DNA of 64,000 nucleotides from a virus (Duplodnaviria; Caudoviricetes): IMG/VR virus record IMGVR_UViG_3300010885_013533, positions 1,748 to 65,747 of that record; one strand, 5' to 3'. Shown piece by piece: positions 9,016 to 18,597 of this stretch (position 1 is its first letter; each line of letters starts with the position of its first letter). The notes under the pieces were generated by a model. It saw only the letters and a program-made list of their open reading frames with translations, ran no database searches and was not told where the DNA came from. The position numbers and the translations under genes were made by a program.

Positions 9016-9666
9016 TCACCATCTGGCATTATCTTTGTATCCAGCCCTGATCATCTCCATGGCTGCTTTTAAGGCTCCTGCTTTGCCCTGGTTGCGATAT
9101 TTCATCAAAATGCCCTCTATGGGATGAACACCATCATATGTTTCAGTAAAAACATGAGGCTCGTGATTTATAAGTTTTAACATGGGTAGATCTTTCTGAT
9201 AACTCAGTTCCACAGCCCTGCAATGCACTGGTAACCCATCCACATTTTCCAGATGGTATTGTTTTTTAGACCCTTGATTAAGATAACTGAATGATCCTGT
9301 GAAATCCGCAGGAGCACCCTCGAAGTTTGTTAAAGGATTAATACCACACACATACCAAGCACCTTCCACATGTTGCGGACCACCTTTTAATGTGGTCAAG
9401 TTATTGTTAACGCACCAAAAACTTCCTGTCACAGTGTGAGGGGCATTTTCTAAAGAGGTTAATTCACATGAGATACAATAAAAATGACCCTCCACACGAC
9501 CCAATTTCATAGGTATGTGCCCTTCGGCTGTTAGTTCCACAGTCTCTGCTGTAATATTAATAGCCTGAGTGGTTGCATCCACACTCACTTCTGTAAGTTT
9601 GGTTAACTTAAAGTGTTGTTTGACTAATTTGATCAAATCTGCCTGTGCTTTTTTAGACATCTGCAT
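9016..9666 (-). CDS. LRR-like repeat protein, array member 1 (subtype B)
   Basis: 4 repeats; ends AAMEMIRAGYKDNARW; starts 6 nt after the vWA gene stop. Confidence 0.85.
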   Translation of the reverse strand: MQMSKKAQADLIKLVKQHFKLTKLTEVSVDATTQAINITAETVELTAEGHIPMKLGRVEGHFYCISCELTSLENAPHTVTGSFWCVNNNLTTLKGGPQHVEGAWYVCGINPLTNFEGAPADFTGSFSYLNQGSKKQYHLENVDGLPVHCRAVELSYQKDLPMLKLINHEPHVFTETYDGVHPIEGILMKYRNQGKAGALKAAMEMIRAGYKDNARW

Positions 9667-9672
9667 GTGTGA

Positions 9673-10701
9673 TCACGTCAAATATGTGAATGTTCTGGGC
9701 ACCACACCCAGCAGATTACAAGCAGTCTTGAAAGTGGGCTCATTTACTGCAACCAAGAACATCTTGTCTTTGTGGTTTTGCCACAAGTGTTTCACATTCA
9801 CAAAGTTACTGCTGTCCACAATATCCAGATCCGAGAACAACATGATGTTGTAGCCCTGTGCAGCCAGTTCACTCAGCTGGTTACTAATACTAACTGTGAA
9901 TTGTGTACCACCTGTGGCTCCCAGATTGAACACATGCCTATACCCCTTTTTGATACCATCTTTTGGTACCTGTTGACCTATGTCTGTGATTTTATCCACC
10001 TGGGCATATGTGTCTGTGCCCATGTTTACCACAAAGCTTTTGTTCTCCCCAGCAAAAAACACAACACCCATGTCCACATTCTGCTTGCCCAGTTGCTTGA
10101 GTAGGTTTTTAACCTCTGCCATCACACGTGGCACTTCGTCCCACATGCTGCCTGACGTATCAAACACAAACACCAGTTTAGCTTTGTGCTCTTCTAATGT
10201 CTTTTCACCAGGCTTGAGTGCACCTGCACCAGTTTGTGCAGCTATTGCTATGCCTGTGACTGCTCTACGGCTGGGCTTTGCATAAGTGATGTCTGTTTGT
10301 GGCACACTGGCTGTGACAAGATTCTTGATTAAAGTTTTCCAGTTAAACTTGGGTTTAACCTGTAAAATCTCAGATTCACGACTTTTTAGGTCAATGGCCC
10401 CGCCTTCGCCAGGTTTACCTGTGGATTTTTTACCTGGCCCGTGCACACTCTGGTCTTTCTGCTTGAGCTCTTCCTCAGTGCCAATTTCCTCACGACGAGC
10501 TAACTTGTCCTCTACCTCTTTGTGGATTTTGTCCATGTCTATTTCTGGCTCAGGTTGCTCATCTTTAGGGTCACCACCTGGAGGTTTCGGACCATCACCT
10601 GGTGGTTTAGGTGGACCACCACCAGGTCCTTCACCTGGACCTTCGCCGGGAGGAGGTGGTGGAGCCACAAGTTCAATTTCGGATGGATCAAATGTGGGCA
10701 T
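9673..10701 (-). CDS. vWA-like domain protein (DUF2201 C-terminal type) with Pro/Gly-rich N-terminus
   Basis: MIDAS motif FVFDTSGSM, TGGT, upstream WKTLIK…TYAKPSRR segment typical of DUF2201 proteins. Confidence 0.8.
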   Translation of the reverse strand: MPTFDPSEIELVAPPPPPGEGPGEGPGGGPPKPPGDGPKPPGGDPKDEQPEPEIDMDKIHKEVEDKLARREEIGTEEELKQKDQSVHGPGKKSTGKPGEGGAIDLKSRESEILQVKPKFNWKTLIKNLVTASVPQTDITYAKPSRRAVTGIAIAAQTGAGALKPGEKTLEEHKAKLVFVFDTSGSMWDEVPRVMAEVKNLLKQLGKQNVDMGVVFFAGENKSFVVNMGTDTYAQVDKITDIGQQVPKDGIKKGYRHVFNLGATGGTQFTVSISNQLSELAAQGYNIMLFSDLDIVDSSNFVNVKHLWQNHKDKMFLVAVNEPTFKTACNLLGVVPRTFTYLT

Positions 10702-11840
10702 CAGTAGCCTCCTGCTTGTGGTGTTCTGGCTGCTTCCACTTCTGCTTGTGTGGCTTCCACAGTTTCCACCTTACCGTCTTTGGTGATTTTTGTAACCTTA
10801 TAAAACTTACCAGTCTTCTTCTCTTTTACCACATCACCCTCTTTCAATGGTTGGGGGGGCTCAGGCGGCTTGGGAGGTTGAGGAGGTTTGGGCGGTGTGG
10901 GTGGTTGCGGAGGTGGATGGTCATCCATGTCTGCAATATCCAGGAACACATCCTGTAGTGGCTTGGGCATCTTCTTGAGCTCTGAGTCCACTAATGCCAC
11001 CATTTCTTTGTATTTGCCCTGACGATCATAGTTGATGTGATCTGAGAACAATCCTATGGGCAGCTGATCATAACCACTCTTAACCAACATGTAGTTGCTA
11101 CGGTAATCGGATGCATAGTTGTGCACAGTGTGACTGAACTCAGGCATTCTCTTGCTTGCAGCAAAGTCTCCATATGTGTAATGCAAAAGTTCATGCACAA
11201 TCAGGAACTCAATGTAAGCATATGCATCTGGGATGGATCCACCGTTGGATACATACTTTTTACCTTGGGGTTTAAGCCCTTCCACTTCTGCAAAGGTCAT
11301 TAGCTTTTGCATGAAGGGCACATTAAACAAAAATTCACCCTTGGCTGTGGCTGCTGCTGTTTTGATAACATCATTCCACTGTGCATATTCCTTCTTGTTG
11401 CTGGGAAGCAATATGGGACTAAAGTCAAAGATGTAATTGGTTTCACCTGGTGCCCTTAGTGGGAAAAATTGATCATGTTCCAGTTGAATCATCTTTATCA
11501 GCTTCATGAATATCACAGGATCAAATTTTTCATGATGTGCTTGATCAGAGTGTTCAATCATGTCAAATGCAGCACTCTCTGCTGCATTGCGGGCAGCAGT
11601 ATCATACAACAGGTAACTGTATTGTTTCATCTCTTCAATCTTGCTGATATACTTTTGCATGTCAGCTTGAATTTTGGCCGCAGGCACACCAGTCTTTGCA
11701 CTAGTATCATTTATGATCTGCTTGATGTGTGAATCTGTGAGTTGTGTTTGTTTGAAGCCCACTTGACCAGGGGCTGCTTTTTTGGTCACAAACGCCTCTT
11801 CCAGCGCCTTGCCCCATCGGCTACTTGGTGAATATGTCAT
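10701..11840 (-). CDS. putative zincin metallopeptidase (DUF2201 N-terminal type)
   Basis: TAAAT…FLFN, HELLH, NYASDYRSN; Pro-rich linker; TGATG overlap with the vWA gene; start uncertain (ATG 11840 or 11870). Confidence 0.75.
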   Translation of the reverse strand: MTYSPSSRWGKALEEAFVTKKAAPGQVGFKQTQLTDSHIKQIINDTSAKTGVPAAKIQADMQKYISKIEEMKQYSYLLYDTAARNAAESAAFDMIEHSDQAHHEKFDPVIFMKLIKMIQLEHDQFFPLRAPGETNYIFDFSPILLPSNKKEYAQWNDVIKTAAATAKGEFLFNVPFMQKLMTFAEVEGLKPQGKKYVSNGGSIPDAYAYIEFLIVHELLHYTYGDFAASKRMPEFSHTVHNYASDYRSNYMLVKSGYDQLPIGLFSDHINYDRQGKYKEMVALVDSELKKMPKPLQDVFLDIADMDDHPPPQPPTPPKPPQPPKPPEPPQPLKEGDVVKEKKTGKFYKVTKITKDGKVETVEATQAEVEAARTPQAGGY

Positions 11841-14457
11841 GAACTTTTTCCAACATTTGTGCAAACTCATCGTCTGAAATATCTTCTCCCATCAAATCAC
11901 CCATTGCAGTGGTCACACTGTCTTCCATGCGATCCACCATGGCTGCATCCATGTCATGCGCTTGTGCAGCTTGTCTTAACTCGTTGACCAAGTAATACAC
12001 CTTGTTAATTTTGTCCCCAGTGATCTGCACCTTGCCATCTTGCATGGTTTTTAAGGGTTGAGTGTTTGCCAATATGGCATCGGATGGACGCTTCTCCGCC
12101 TTGAACAATTTGCCCAAGTAGTTTTCAAAGTCTTCAGCAAACTGGTTCAACTCAAAGTTGTTCACATAGTTCACAAAATCCAAGTCATCTTTCAAATGCT
12201 TGCTGGGATCTGACACTACTATGTCCAACATGTCCTCCAAGGAGGCAGCCTGTCTGCTCTTGATCAGGAATTTGGCGCTGTAGTCTTTCAACCAACCTTT
12301 CACCATGCTCATGAATTGTGGACTGTCTATCTGATGCTTGTCCATGATCCAGCTGAGTGTGCTGTTCAACTTGGTCCATGCAGCCTCAAATAATGCTTGT
12401 TGATATTCGTCAGACTCCATGCTGGCAGCCTTGCGCACCACACGGTCCACACCCGCTATCAAATCTAGCAACAGGGTGGTGTATTCTCTAGGGCTAATGT
12501 ACAATGTTTCATCGCCCATCTTGATGAAAAACTTTCTGCTTGCTGCATCATGACCTGGCAATGGCTTCTTGGTGGCAAATGTGTCTGCAAATGCTTTCAC
12601 CACGTCTAGTGCTACAGTCTTACTCTGATCTGCACGTGATGCCAGTTTGCCACTGGGTAATACTGAATTTTCCCAATACTTCACGCTTGCATCCCAATCA
12701 GGGGCAGTATCCAGGTAATCAGTTGCATCCTTCAAGTGTCCTGTTAGCTCCACAGTGCCCTTGTCATAAGGATTCATGGCTGCAATCACAATGGTTTCCT
12801 TGGGCAGATGTAATTCATCATTGAAGCTCTTTTCCAAGATCACTCGTCGCAGACTGTTGAACACATTAGCACTTTTCACTCTGTTAAGTTCGTCAAAGAA
12901 GATCAGATACTTGTAAGGTGCATTTTGAAATGCCTTCTTTCTCTCTGCACTCACACTGGGGTTTGCCATGTATGCAGCAGTATCTTCCTCTATCTCATTC
13001 ATGATCTTTTGATACAAGCTGGGCTCACTGAACTGAACAGCCATCTTGTGACCATCCTGCTTGGGTACTGGAATACCTGTGATCTCATCCACACTGAGTG
13101 TGGAACAATCCACATGCACCAATAACATGTTCAACTTTTGTGCAACATCTGCTGCTTGTGCAGTTTTACCAATACCAGGTAAACCAGCGATAACAGGAAT
13201 ATATGATCTTGCATCGCCCAACTTGATTTTGGCTTCAATCTGATGTTGTAAGGTGTCTCTCCATGATTTTGGTGCAAGAGCTTTAGCATCTGCAAATTGT
13301 CCACCGGATGTGGCTGTAATGATTTTTCTCACAGCATCTTGCGTGACCTTGTACAGGCTGCTCACAGCTTCACCTTGCTGGAACTGTGCTTTGACATTGG
13401 CCATGAGTGCGGCAGCATCTGCTTCGGATTTAACAGGTACACTGGCATTCACATACAGTATGATCTGTTCCCAGCGGCGGGGACTGGTTCTGATTTCTGT
13501 GTTCACATCATCATGACTGATGTGTTCATCTGTCAATGCTTCATCAAATGCTTGCACAACCTCAGGCTTGAGTACAACCCCAGTGTCTTTTTCAAATCGG
13601 GCAGTCAGATAATTCATGAACTCTGATTTGGTGGGTGCCTGGTATTCCATCTTCTTGAAGTCTGCGTTGAGTGGAATTTCTTCAATTGTCTGACCCACAT
13701 CAGTCAAGTTACTGGCATAAATCACATAAGTGCCTGTGGGAATTCTGTCGTTACCAATTCTGCCGTTCAGTATGCCTCTAAGAATGTTTCTCACATTGGC
13801 TGAGGTTTGGCGGAAGTATTCATCCAAGAACAGCACCACTCTATAGTGTGATCTTACTTGTGCAATTTCAGGAGGGATAGTGTTTTCATCGCCACCCATA
13901 TTGTGCCACAACTGCTTGAGGTTGGCATCTGCACTTCTCATCAAGTTGATTAGTGTTTGATCAGGCACTGCCTTCTTTTGTGCAAGTTCACTAGCCAGAT
14001 GACTTTGACCCAGTTGCACATGAAAATTTTGATCGCTCACATTCACACTTTGTGACTTGCCTGTTTTACTCACAGGATCAAACACAATAAAGGGAATGTT
14101 GATCAGATGTTCTTCTGTGATGTGTGGAGCCTCCACCAAGATCACAGGTAGACCCATCAGTCTGCCCAACTGTTTCACAAAGGTGGTCTTACCAATACCT
14201 GTGGAACCTGCCAACATCAATCCTGTGCCATGGCTCAGCAGCATGTTGTCCATGACCTGCTCCAGTTGCTTGGTTCTTGTGTCCAGGTTGCTGCTGGCTA
14301 CTTGCACACGTTTAGTGACTTTTGCAGCTTTAGTGGTGGTTGTGGCTGGTGCTATAGACTTCACAGGTGCTTTTGTGGGCGCTTGCGCTGTAACGCCTGT
14401 TTTAGCTGCAGGTTTTGCAGCAGCCTCTGTGAGTATCTGTCCAATTATACTTCTCAT
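11821..14457 (-). CDS. MoxR-like AAA+ ATPase with two tandem AAA modules
   Basis: Walker A GSTGIGKT and GLPGIGKT; Walker B LFLDEY and IFFDEL; sensor-2-like SPRRW and SPREY. Confidence 0.85.
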   Translation of the reverse strand: MRSIIGQILTEAAAKPAAKTGVTAQAPTKAPVKSIAPATTTTKAAKVTKRVQVASSNLDTRTKQLEQVMDNMLLSHGTGLMLAGSTGIGKTTFVKQLGRLMGLPVILVEAPHITEEHLINIPFIVFDPVSKTGKSQSVNVSDQNFHVQLGQSHLASELAQKKAVPDQTLINLMRSADANLKQLWHNMGGDENTIPPEIAQVRSHYRVVLFLDEYFRQTSANVRNILRGILNGRIGNDRIPTGTYVIYASNLTDVGQTIEEIPLNADFKKMEYQAPTKSEFMNYLTARFEKDTGVVLKPEVVQAFDEALTDEHISHDDVNTEIRTSPRRWEQIILYVNASVPVKSEADAAALMANVKAQFQQGEAVSSLYKVTQDAVRKIITATSGGQFADAKALAPKSWRDTLQHQIEAKIKLGDARSYIPVIAGLPGIGKTAQAADVAQKLNMLLVHVDCSTLSVDEITGIPVPKQDGHKMAVQFSEPSLYQKIMNEIEEDTAAYMANPSVSAERKKAFQNAPYKYLIFFDELNRVKSANVFNSLRRVILEKSFNDELHLPKETIVIAAMNPYDKGTVELTGHLKDATDYLDTAPDWDASVKYWENSVLPSGKLASRADQSKTVALDVVKAFADTFATKKPLPGHDAASRKFFIKMGDETLYISPREYTTLLLDLIAGVDRVVRKAASMESDEYQQALFEAAWTKLNSTLSWIMDKHQIDSPQFMSMVKGWLKDYSAKFLIKSRQAASLEDMLDIVVSDPSKHLKDDLDFVNYVNNFELNQFAEDFENYLGKLFKAEKRPSDAILANTQPLKTMQDGKVQITGDKINKVYYLVNELRQAAQAHDMDAAMVDRMEDSVTTAMGDLMGEDISDDEFAQMLEKVHDIFTK

Positions 14458-14461
14458 GTGT

Positions 14462-14653
14462 TCAATCCCAATTCTGAATTTTAGCCCACAGTGTGGGTTT
14501 GGCTTGCTTGATTCTCTTCATCACATGGCCATTGGGATCTTCCACCCCATATGGGGATATGTGGTTGTCTGATCTCCGCTTGGCCTGTGTCTTGGCAGCC
14601 TCAGAAATTGGTAGTGTGTTTTTAGGGGGAAGTTTTGCAACCGTGGGTTTCAT
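14462..14653 (-). CDS. small basic hypothetical protein
   Basis: 63-aa ORF just upstream of the ATPase, preceded by TAAATA. Confidence 0.5.
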   Translation of the reverse strand: MKPTVAKLPPKNTLPISEAAKTQAKRRSDNHISPYGVEDPNGHVMKRIKQAKPTLWAKIQNWD

Positions 14654-14766
14654 GATCCAGATCCTGTGATTTGTTTTTATTTACATGATCGTACAGGATC
14701 TGTTGAGTGGGATTTCAAAGAATATCCCAAATGGATCAGTCCATTTTGGGACTGATTGATGTTTTT

Positions 14767-14925
14767 TTACCAGACTTGATTCATGAATGATTTGGATCTA
14801 TCTCGTTCCCATAGCCTCTGCCTGCGTTCGAAATCTGCCAGATCCACACTTCTGCTAAGGTAACATTCTTCAGGACTCAAGAACCAATCGTTCCATTTGT
14901 TTATGATTGCTGATAACAATTTCAT
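14767..14925 (-). CDS. small protein, DUF3563-like (not in ORF track)
   Basis: 52 aa MKLLSAIINKWNDWFLSPEECYLSRSVDLADFERRQRLWERDRSKSFMNQVW; GGGGAG RBS; YLxxSxDLxDxERR motif. Confidence 0.6.
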   Translation of the reverse strand: MKLLSAIINKWNDWFLSPEECYLSRSVDLADFERRQRLWERDRSKSFMNQVW

Positions 14926-14929
14926 AATA

Positions 14930-15052
14930 TTAGCTCCCCAGCCTGTGCTTGTTAATAGCTGTACGTAACATGATATCTCGCTTGGCCCTAACTTTTCCAG
15001 TTAGTAAGAGGAATTTCCAAATGGCTTTGCCAATTTTTTTAAGTTTGATCAT
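14930..15052 (-). CDS. 40-aa basic amphipathic peptide (not in ORF track)
   Basis: MIKLKKIGKAIWKFLLLTGKVRAKRDIMLRTAINKHRLGS with AAGGAG RBS. Confidence 0.5.
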   Translation of the reverse strand: MIKLKKIGKAIWKFLLLTGKVRAKRDIMLRTAINKHRLGS

Positions 15053-15158
15053 GATGCAGTCTCCTTGTGTGTATCATATACTTACTTGTTGCAGTGCACA
15101 AACACAATGGGTGTTTCCTACCACGCAGACCTGCATGAAGAACATGGCAAACTATCAG

Positions 15159-16604
15159 CTATGCTTTGAGTAGTTGGGCTACTTCCTTACGATAAATCTG
15201 TCTGATCTTCACAGGATCAGCCAGGATAGCTTCGTATTCCACAATCTGCTCACTGAGTGTTTGGATTTCGCCTTCCACTTTCTCCATGGCATCTTTTGCC
15301 CAGCGATAAGTGGGCAGGCTCACAATACGCTCAATTTGATCGTCTGTGAGCGCGATTTTTGCAGTTAGATCACGCACTTTCACATCCACCGCAGCTTTAT
15401 TGTCTGCACTGGGTAGCCACTTGGGTAGACCACCCTTCAAACATGCCTGAATGCCACATGCAAAGTTGAGCTCTCGCAACAAGTCGTCTCTCATCTTTGT
15501 ATAACGCAGGGCATAATAAGTCAAGCGCCAATCCACAAACGCTTTGACCAAATCTTCTGCATGATCATATTGTTTGATGCTGGTGTTGTTGAAGTCCAGC
15601 ACCACAATACGTTGTGTGGTCTTGCTCTTTAGTTTGAAGAATGCGATGGCATCTGCTTCTGTCCAAGCAGCCACGGCGGGAACTTTGACCTTCTTGCCAT
15701 TCACAATTTCTGTGGAGGCAGGCTTACCACTAATCACGCCACGCTTGAATCTGATTTCAATGTTGATCAGCTTGGTGCTGCGATCTGTGTAGCTGTGGAT
15801 CTGGTCATCATCTTCCATTTGATTCAAACGTGCTTTGAACTTTTCCAAGCTCATGTCTGGAGGAAGTTCTGTGACCCTGACCAGATTGTCACCTTCGATA
15901 GTGATCTTGCCCACAAACTCATATGCATTGTCACCCAGGGACTTTACTGTGGTTTGCAAATAGTCGAACTGTGGTATTAGCATGGGCACAGGCTTTCCAT
16001 CAATCACAGCCAGTGTGGCTGACACAATATCTTTCAAGCTGTGTGGCAGGATTTCTGTGCTCCAGCCCACAGCAATACCACTCATGCCATTCAGCAATGT
16101 GAGTGGGATCAAGGGTAGGAAGTTGGCAGGTTCCATCACGCTGCCATCATAGTTGGGTTTGAGTGGCACAATGTCCAAGTCTGTGTACAGCAGTTGCTCT
16201 GAGGCCTTGTTCTTTTTCACATAGGTATAACGTGGGGCGCCCCAACCATCTGGTGACACCCTGGTGCCAAATGCACCCAGACCTTCCAGGAGTGGAATGT
16301 TGTTTAAGTAAGGGGCAGCCAGTCTGCTAATAGTGTCGCTTGCGCTCACATCTCCGTGGAGAAAAATATTGGCACTGATCATCTCGCCACTCAGACTCAC
16401 AGTCTTTATCTTTTCAGATTTGTTACGCATCAGCCAGAGGGCCTTACGCTGACCATCCTTGAGTCCATCACATGATGAGGGAATGGCACGGTTCTGCGCT
16501 GTGTAGATTGCGTACTCTCTGCTTGAGGTGTTAATATAGTCACTGGATGCGCCTGCAACCATATGAGGTTGCACCACAGTCACAGTTTTGGTCGTTTTTT
16601 TCAT
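15159..16604 (-). CDS. DNA topoisomerase II medium subunit (T4 gp52 / GyrA-like)
   Basis: RAIP…DGLKDGQRK, HGD, GAPRYT catalytic Tyr, NGMSGIAVGWST. Confidence 0.93.
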   Translation of the reverse strand: MKKTTKTVTVVQPHMVAGASSDYINTSSREYAIYTAQNRAIPSSCDGLKDGQRKALWLMRNKSEKIKTVSLSGEMISANIFLHGDVSASDTISRLAAPYLNNIPLLEGLGAFGTRVSPDGWGAPRYTYVKKNKASEQLLYTDLDIVPLKPNYDGSVMEPANFLPLIPLTLLNGMSGIAVGWSTEILPHSLKDIVSATLAVIDGKPVPMLIPQFDYLQTTVKSLGDNAYEFVGKITIEGDNLVRVTELPPDMSLEKFKARLNQMEDDDQIHSYTDRSTKLINIEIRFKRGVISGKPASTEIVNGKKVKVPAVAAWTEADAIAFFKLKSKTTQRIVVLDFNNTSIKQYDHAEDLVKAFVDWRLTYYALRYTKMRDDLLRELNFACGIQACLKGGLPKWLPSADNKAAVDVKVRDLTAKIALTDDQIERIVSLPTYRWAKDAMEKVEGEIQTLSEQIVEYEAILADPVKIRQIYRKEVAQLLKA

Positions 16605-18487
16605 TAGATGCTCATCCATTCCTTACGAGAGTCAGCTAGGGTCTTATCGAAAATTAACTTTAGTGTTTCTTCCAGTTTACCATCGTCTGTGAGGGGAATC
16701 AACCTGGGTTTAGCCAAGCTGTTCATCCAGTCCACTTCTTCCAGACTACCCAAGCCCTTGGCTCTAGTAGCTTTTGCACAACCTTTCCAGTCATCGCCAT
16801 TGTAGTTCTGCCAGTCATCACTATACCAGTAATGGCGTTGCTTCTTTTTGTCCTCCTGGATGATGAAGGGTGTGCTGAACACCAGGAAAAAGGCAGGCAG
16901 GTTAGGATCAAACAGTTCGGGCCAGTGCAAGTAGAAGAAGTTGGTGAGCAGTGCCATGATGTTGGCCCCATCAGTGTCTGCGTCACAAGTGATCCACACC
17001 TGACCATACCTGAGTTCATCACGCTTTACTTTGGCCCCTAAGGTCAAACCAATGCTGCTCATGATGTCCTGACAAATGGAGTTATCCAGGATGGTTTTGT
17101 TGCTCTCACCTCGCACGTTCAGGATCTTACCACGCAGCGGAAGACCACCATGTACTTCAGGATCTCGCACAGCACTCACACTGCTCACAGCTGAGTCTCC
17201 TTCTGCAATGAGCAGGATGCACTGGGTCCGATCCTTTCCAGTGGCATCCATGAGCTTGGGCACCTTGGTGCGCAACACCTTGCGAGCCAGCTTGGCAGTG
17301 TCTGCATCATCCTTCTTTTGAGTTCTTGCAGCACACCGAGTATAAATCTGATCAATCCAGCTCTTGTTATCACGTAATATCTTTTTGTACAGTTTTTCAT
17401 CATCCAGTGCAGTGCGAATGTATGCTTCCACTTCCTCATTGATGAGCCTGGTCTTGCTCTGGCTATCAAAGTCTGGCTTGAGCATGTTTGTCACGTTGTA
17501 GATGAGCAGGGTTTCCATGACATCACTGCGATTTGGGGTCAAACCACGACGCTTGCTTTCTCTAGTCAAGTTGTTGAGCAGATTGCTCACAAAATACTTT
17601 TTAAAGGAGTCAATTTGTGTTCCACCATTGAACACGGGTATATTGTTAACCAAACTGTGGCTCATGTCTGCGCTATCAGTAAAGTTGGGTACCAGAATGA
17701 ATTCACTTGCAAACTGCTTGTCCACCAAGTCCATGTTGATCACAATGGGTTCATAGCCCGCAAACAAGGAATGACTGCCCTTGCGAGCCTTGATCAACTC
17801 CCCATTGAATTTAAACTTTATGGTGGGATTGGCACATGCAATCTCAACAATTCGACTGCGCAAAAATTCTGCGCTTAATGTGAGCACCTTGAATACTGAT
17901 GCACTCAACTTGAATGTGATCTTGGTGCCTGTTTTGCCCTGCTTGCTAGTGATCCTGGGTTCACCCATCTGCAAACTGTCCCCGAACATGGGATTACCCT
18001 CGCTGAAGTTTTGCTGAAAGCGTTTACCATCACGATGAATATCCACATTAAAGAACTCTGAACAGTAGTTCACACCTGATGCACCAATGCCATTCATACC
18101 TGCTGTGTTGGTGCGTTCATCAAAGTTTCTGCCACTCATGAGCTCACTGAGTGCAAGGGTGGCTTTGTGCATTTTGTGATCTTCATCCCAATCAATGGGG
18201 ATGCCACGACCATCATCTTCCACACTGAATGTCATGGTGTCAGGATCAAATGTGATGTCAATCTTGGTGCCATGACCATGTGCCACCACCTCATCCAGCG
18301 CATTATCCCAAACCTCCCTGGCCGAAGTAAACACAGCTGGCACCCAGGAATATTCTTTCACACATGCTTTTTCTTGGGTGAAATCAAGCACTGGTTGGGT
18401 GTGCAGTGTGGTTGACCCATAATATACTGTGGTTCGCAATCTCACATGTTGATATGGAGAGAGTTTTTTAATTTCGTCTTTGGCCAT
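16604..18487 (-). CDS. DNA topoisomerase II large subunit (T4 gp39+gp60 fused / GyrB-like)
   Basis: EVWDNALDE, DDGRGIP, GMNGIG, EGDSA, PLRGKILN, DADTDG, KGLGS. Confidence 0.93.
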   Translation of the reverse strand: MAKDEIKKLSPYQHVRLRTTVYYGSTTLHTQPVLDFTQEKACVKEYSWVPAVFTSAREVWDNALDEVVAHGHGTKIDITFDPDTMTFSVEDDGRGIPIDWDEDHKMHKATLALSELMSGRNFDERTNTAGMNGIGASGVNYCSEFFNVDIHRDGKRFQQNFSEGNPMFGDSLQMGEPRITSKQGKTGTKITFKLSASVFKVLTLSAEFLRSRIVEIACANPTIKFKFNGELIKARKGSHSLFAGYEPIVINMDLVDKQFASEFILVPNFTDSADMSHSLVNNIPVFNGGTQIDSFKKYFVSNLLNNLTRESKRRGLTPNRSDVMETLLIYNVTNMLKPDFDSQSKTRLINEEVEAYIRTALDDEKLYKKILRDNKSWIDQIYTRCAARTQKKDDADTAKLARKVLRTKVPKLMDATGKDRTQCILLIAEGDSAVSSVSAVRDPEVHGGLPLRGKILNVRGESNKTILDNSICQDIMSSIGLTLGAKVKRDELRYGQVWITCDADTDGANIMALLTNFFYLHWPELFDPNLPAFFLVFSTPFIIQEDKKKQRHYWYSDDWQNYNGDDWKGCAKATRAKGLGSLEEVDWMNSLAKPRLIPLTDDGKLEETLKLIFDKTLADSRKEWMSI

Positions 18488-18544
18488 CTTGATCACCTAA
18501 CTGAATAAACTAGCTTATGGTGTGCTAGCATGTATTTCAAATGG

Positions 18545-18573
18545 ATGGGGCGGAGAACTATTCCCCGCCCCAT
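18545..18573 (-). terminator. GC-rich hairpin, probable terminator
   Basis: ATGGGGCGG…CCGCCCCAT inverted repeat between the YccA-like and topoisomerase genes. Confidence 0.55.
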
Positions 18574-18597
18574 GTAATGATAATTTAGTGTGTGCAA

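Noticed and set aside
4027-9666. CRISPR array or diversity-generating retroelement as explanation for the recurring tail sequence
   Set aside because: Repeats are coding, 550-700 nt apart and vary at synonymous sites; no cas or reverse transcriptase gene and no template/variable pair in the window
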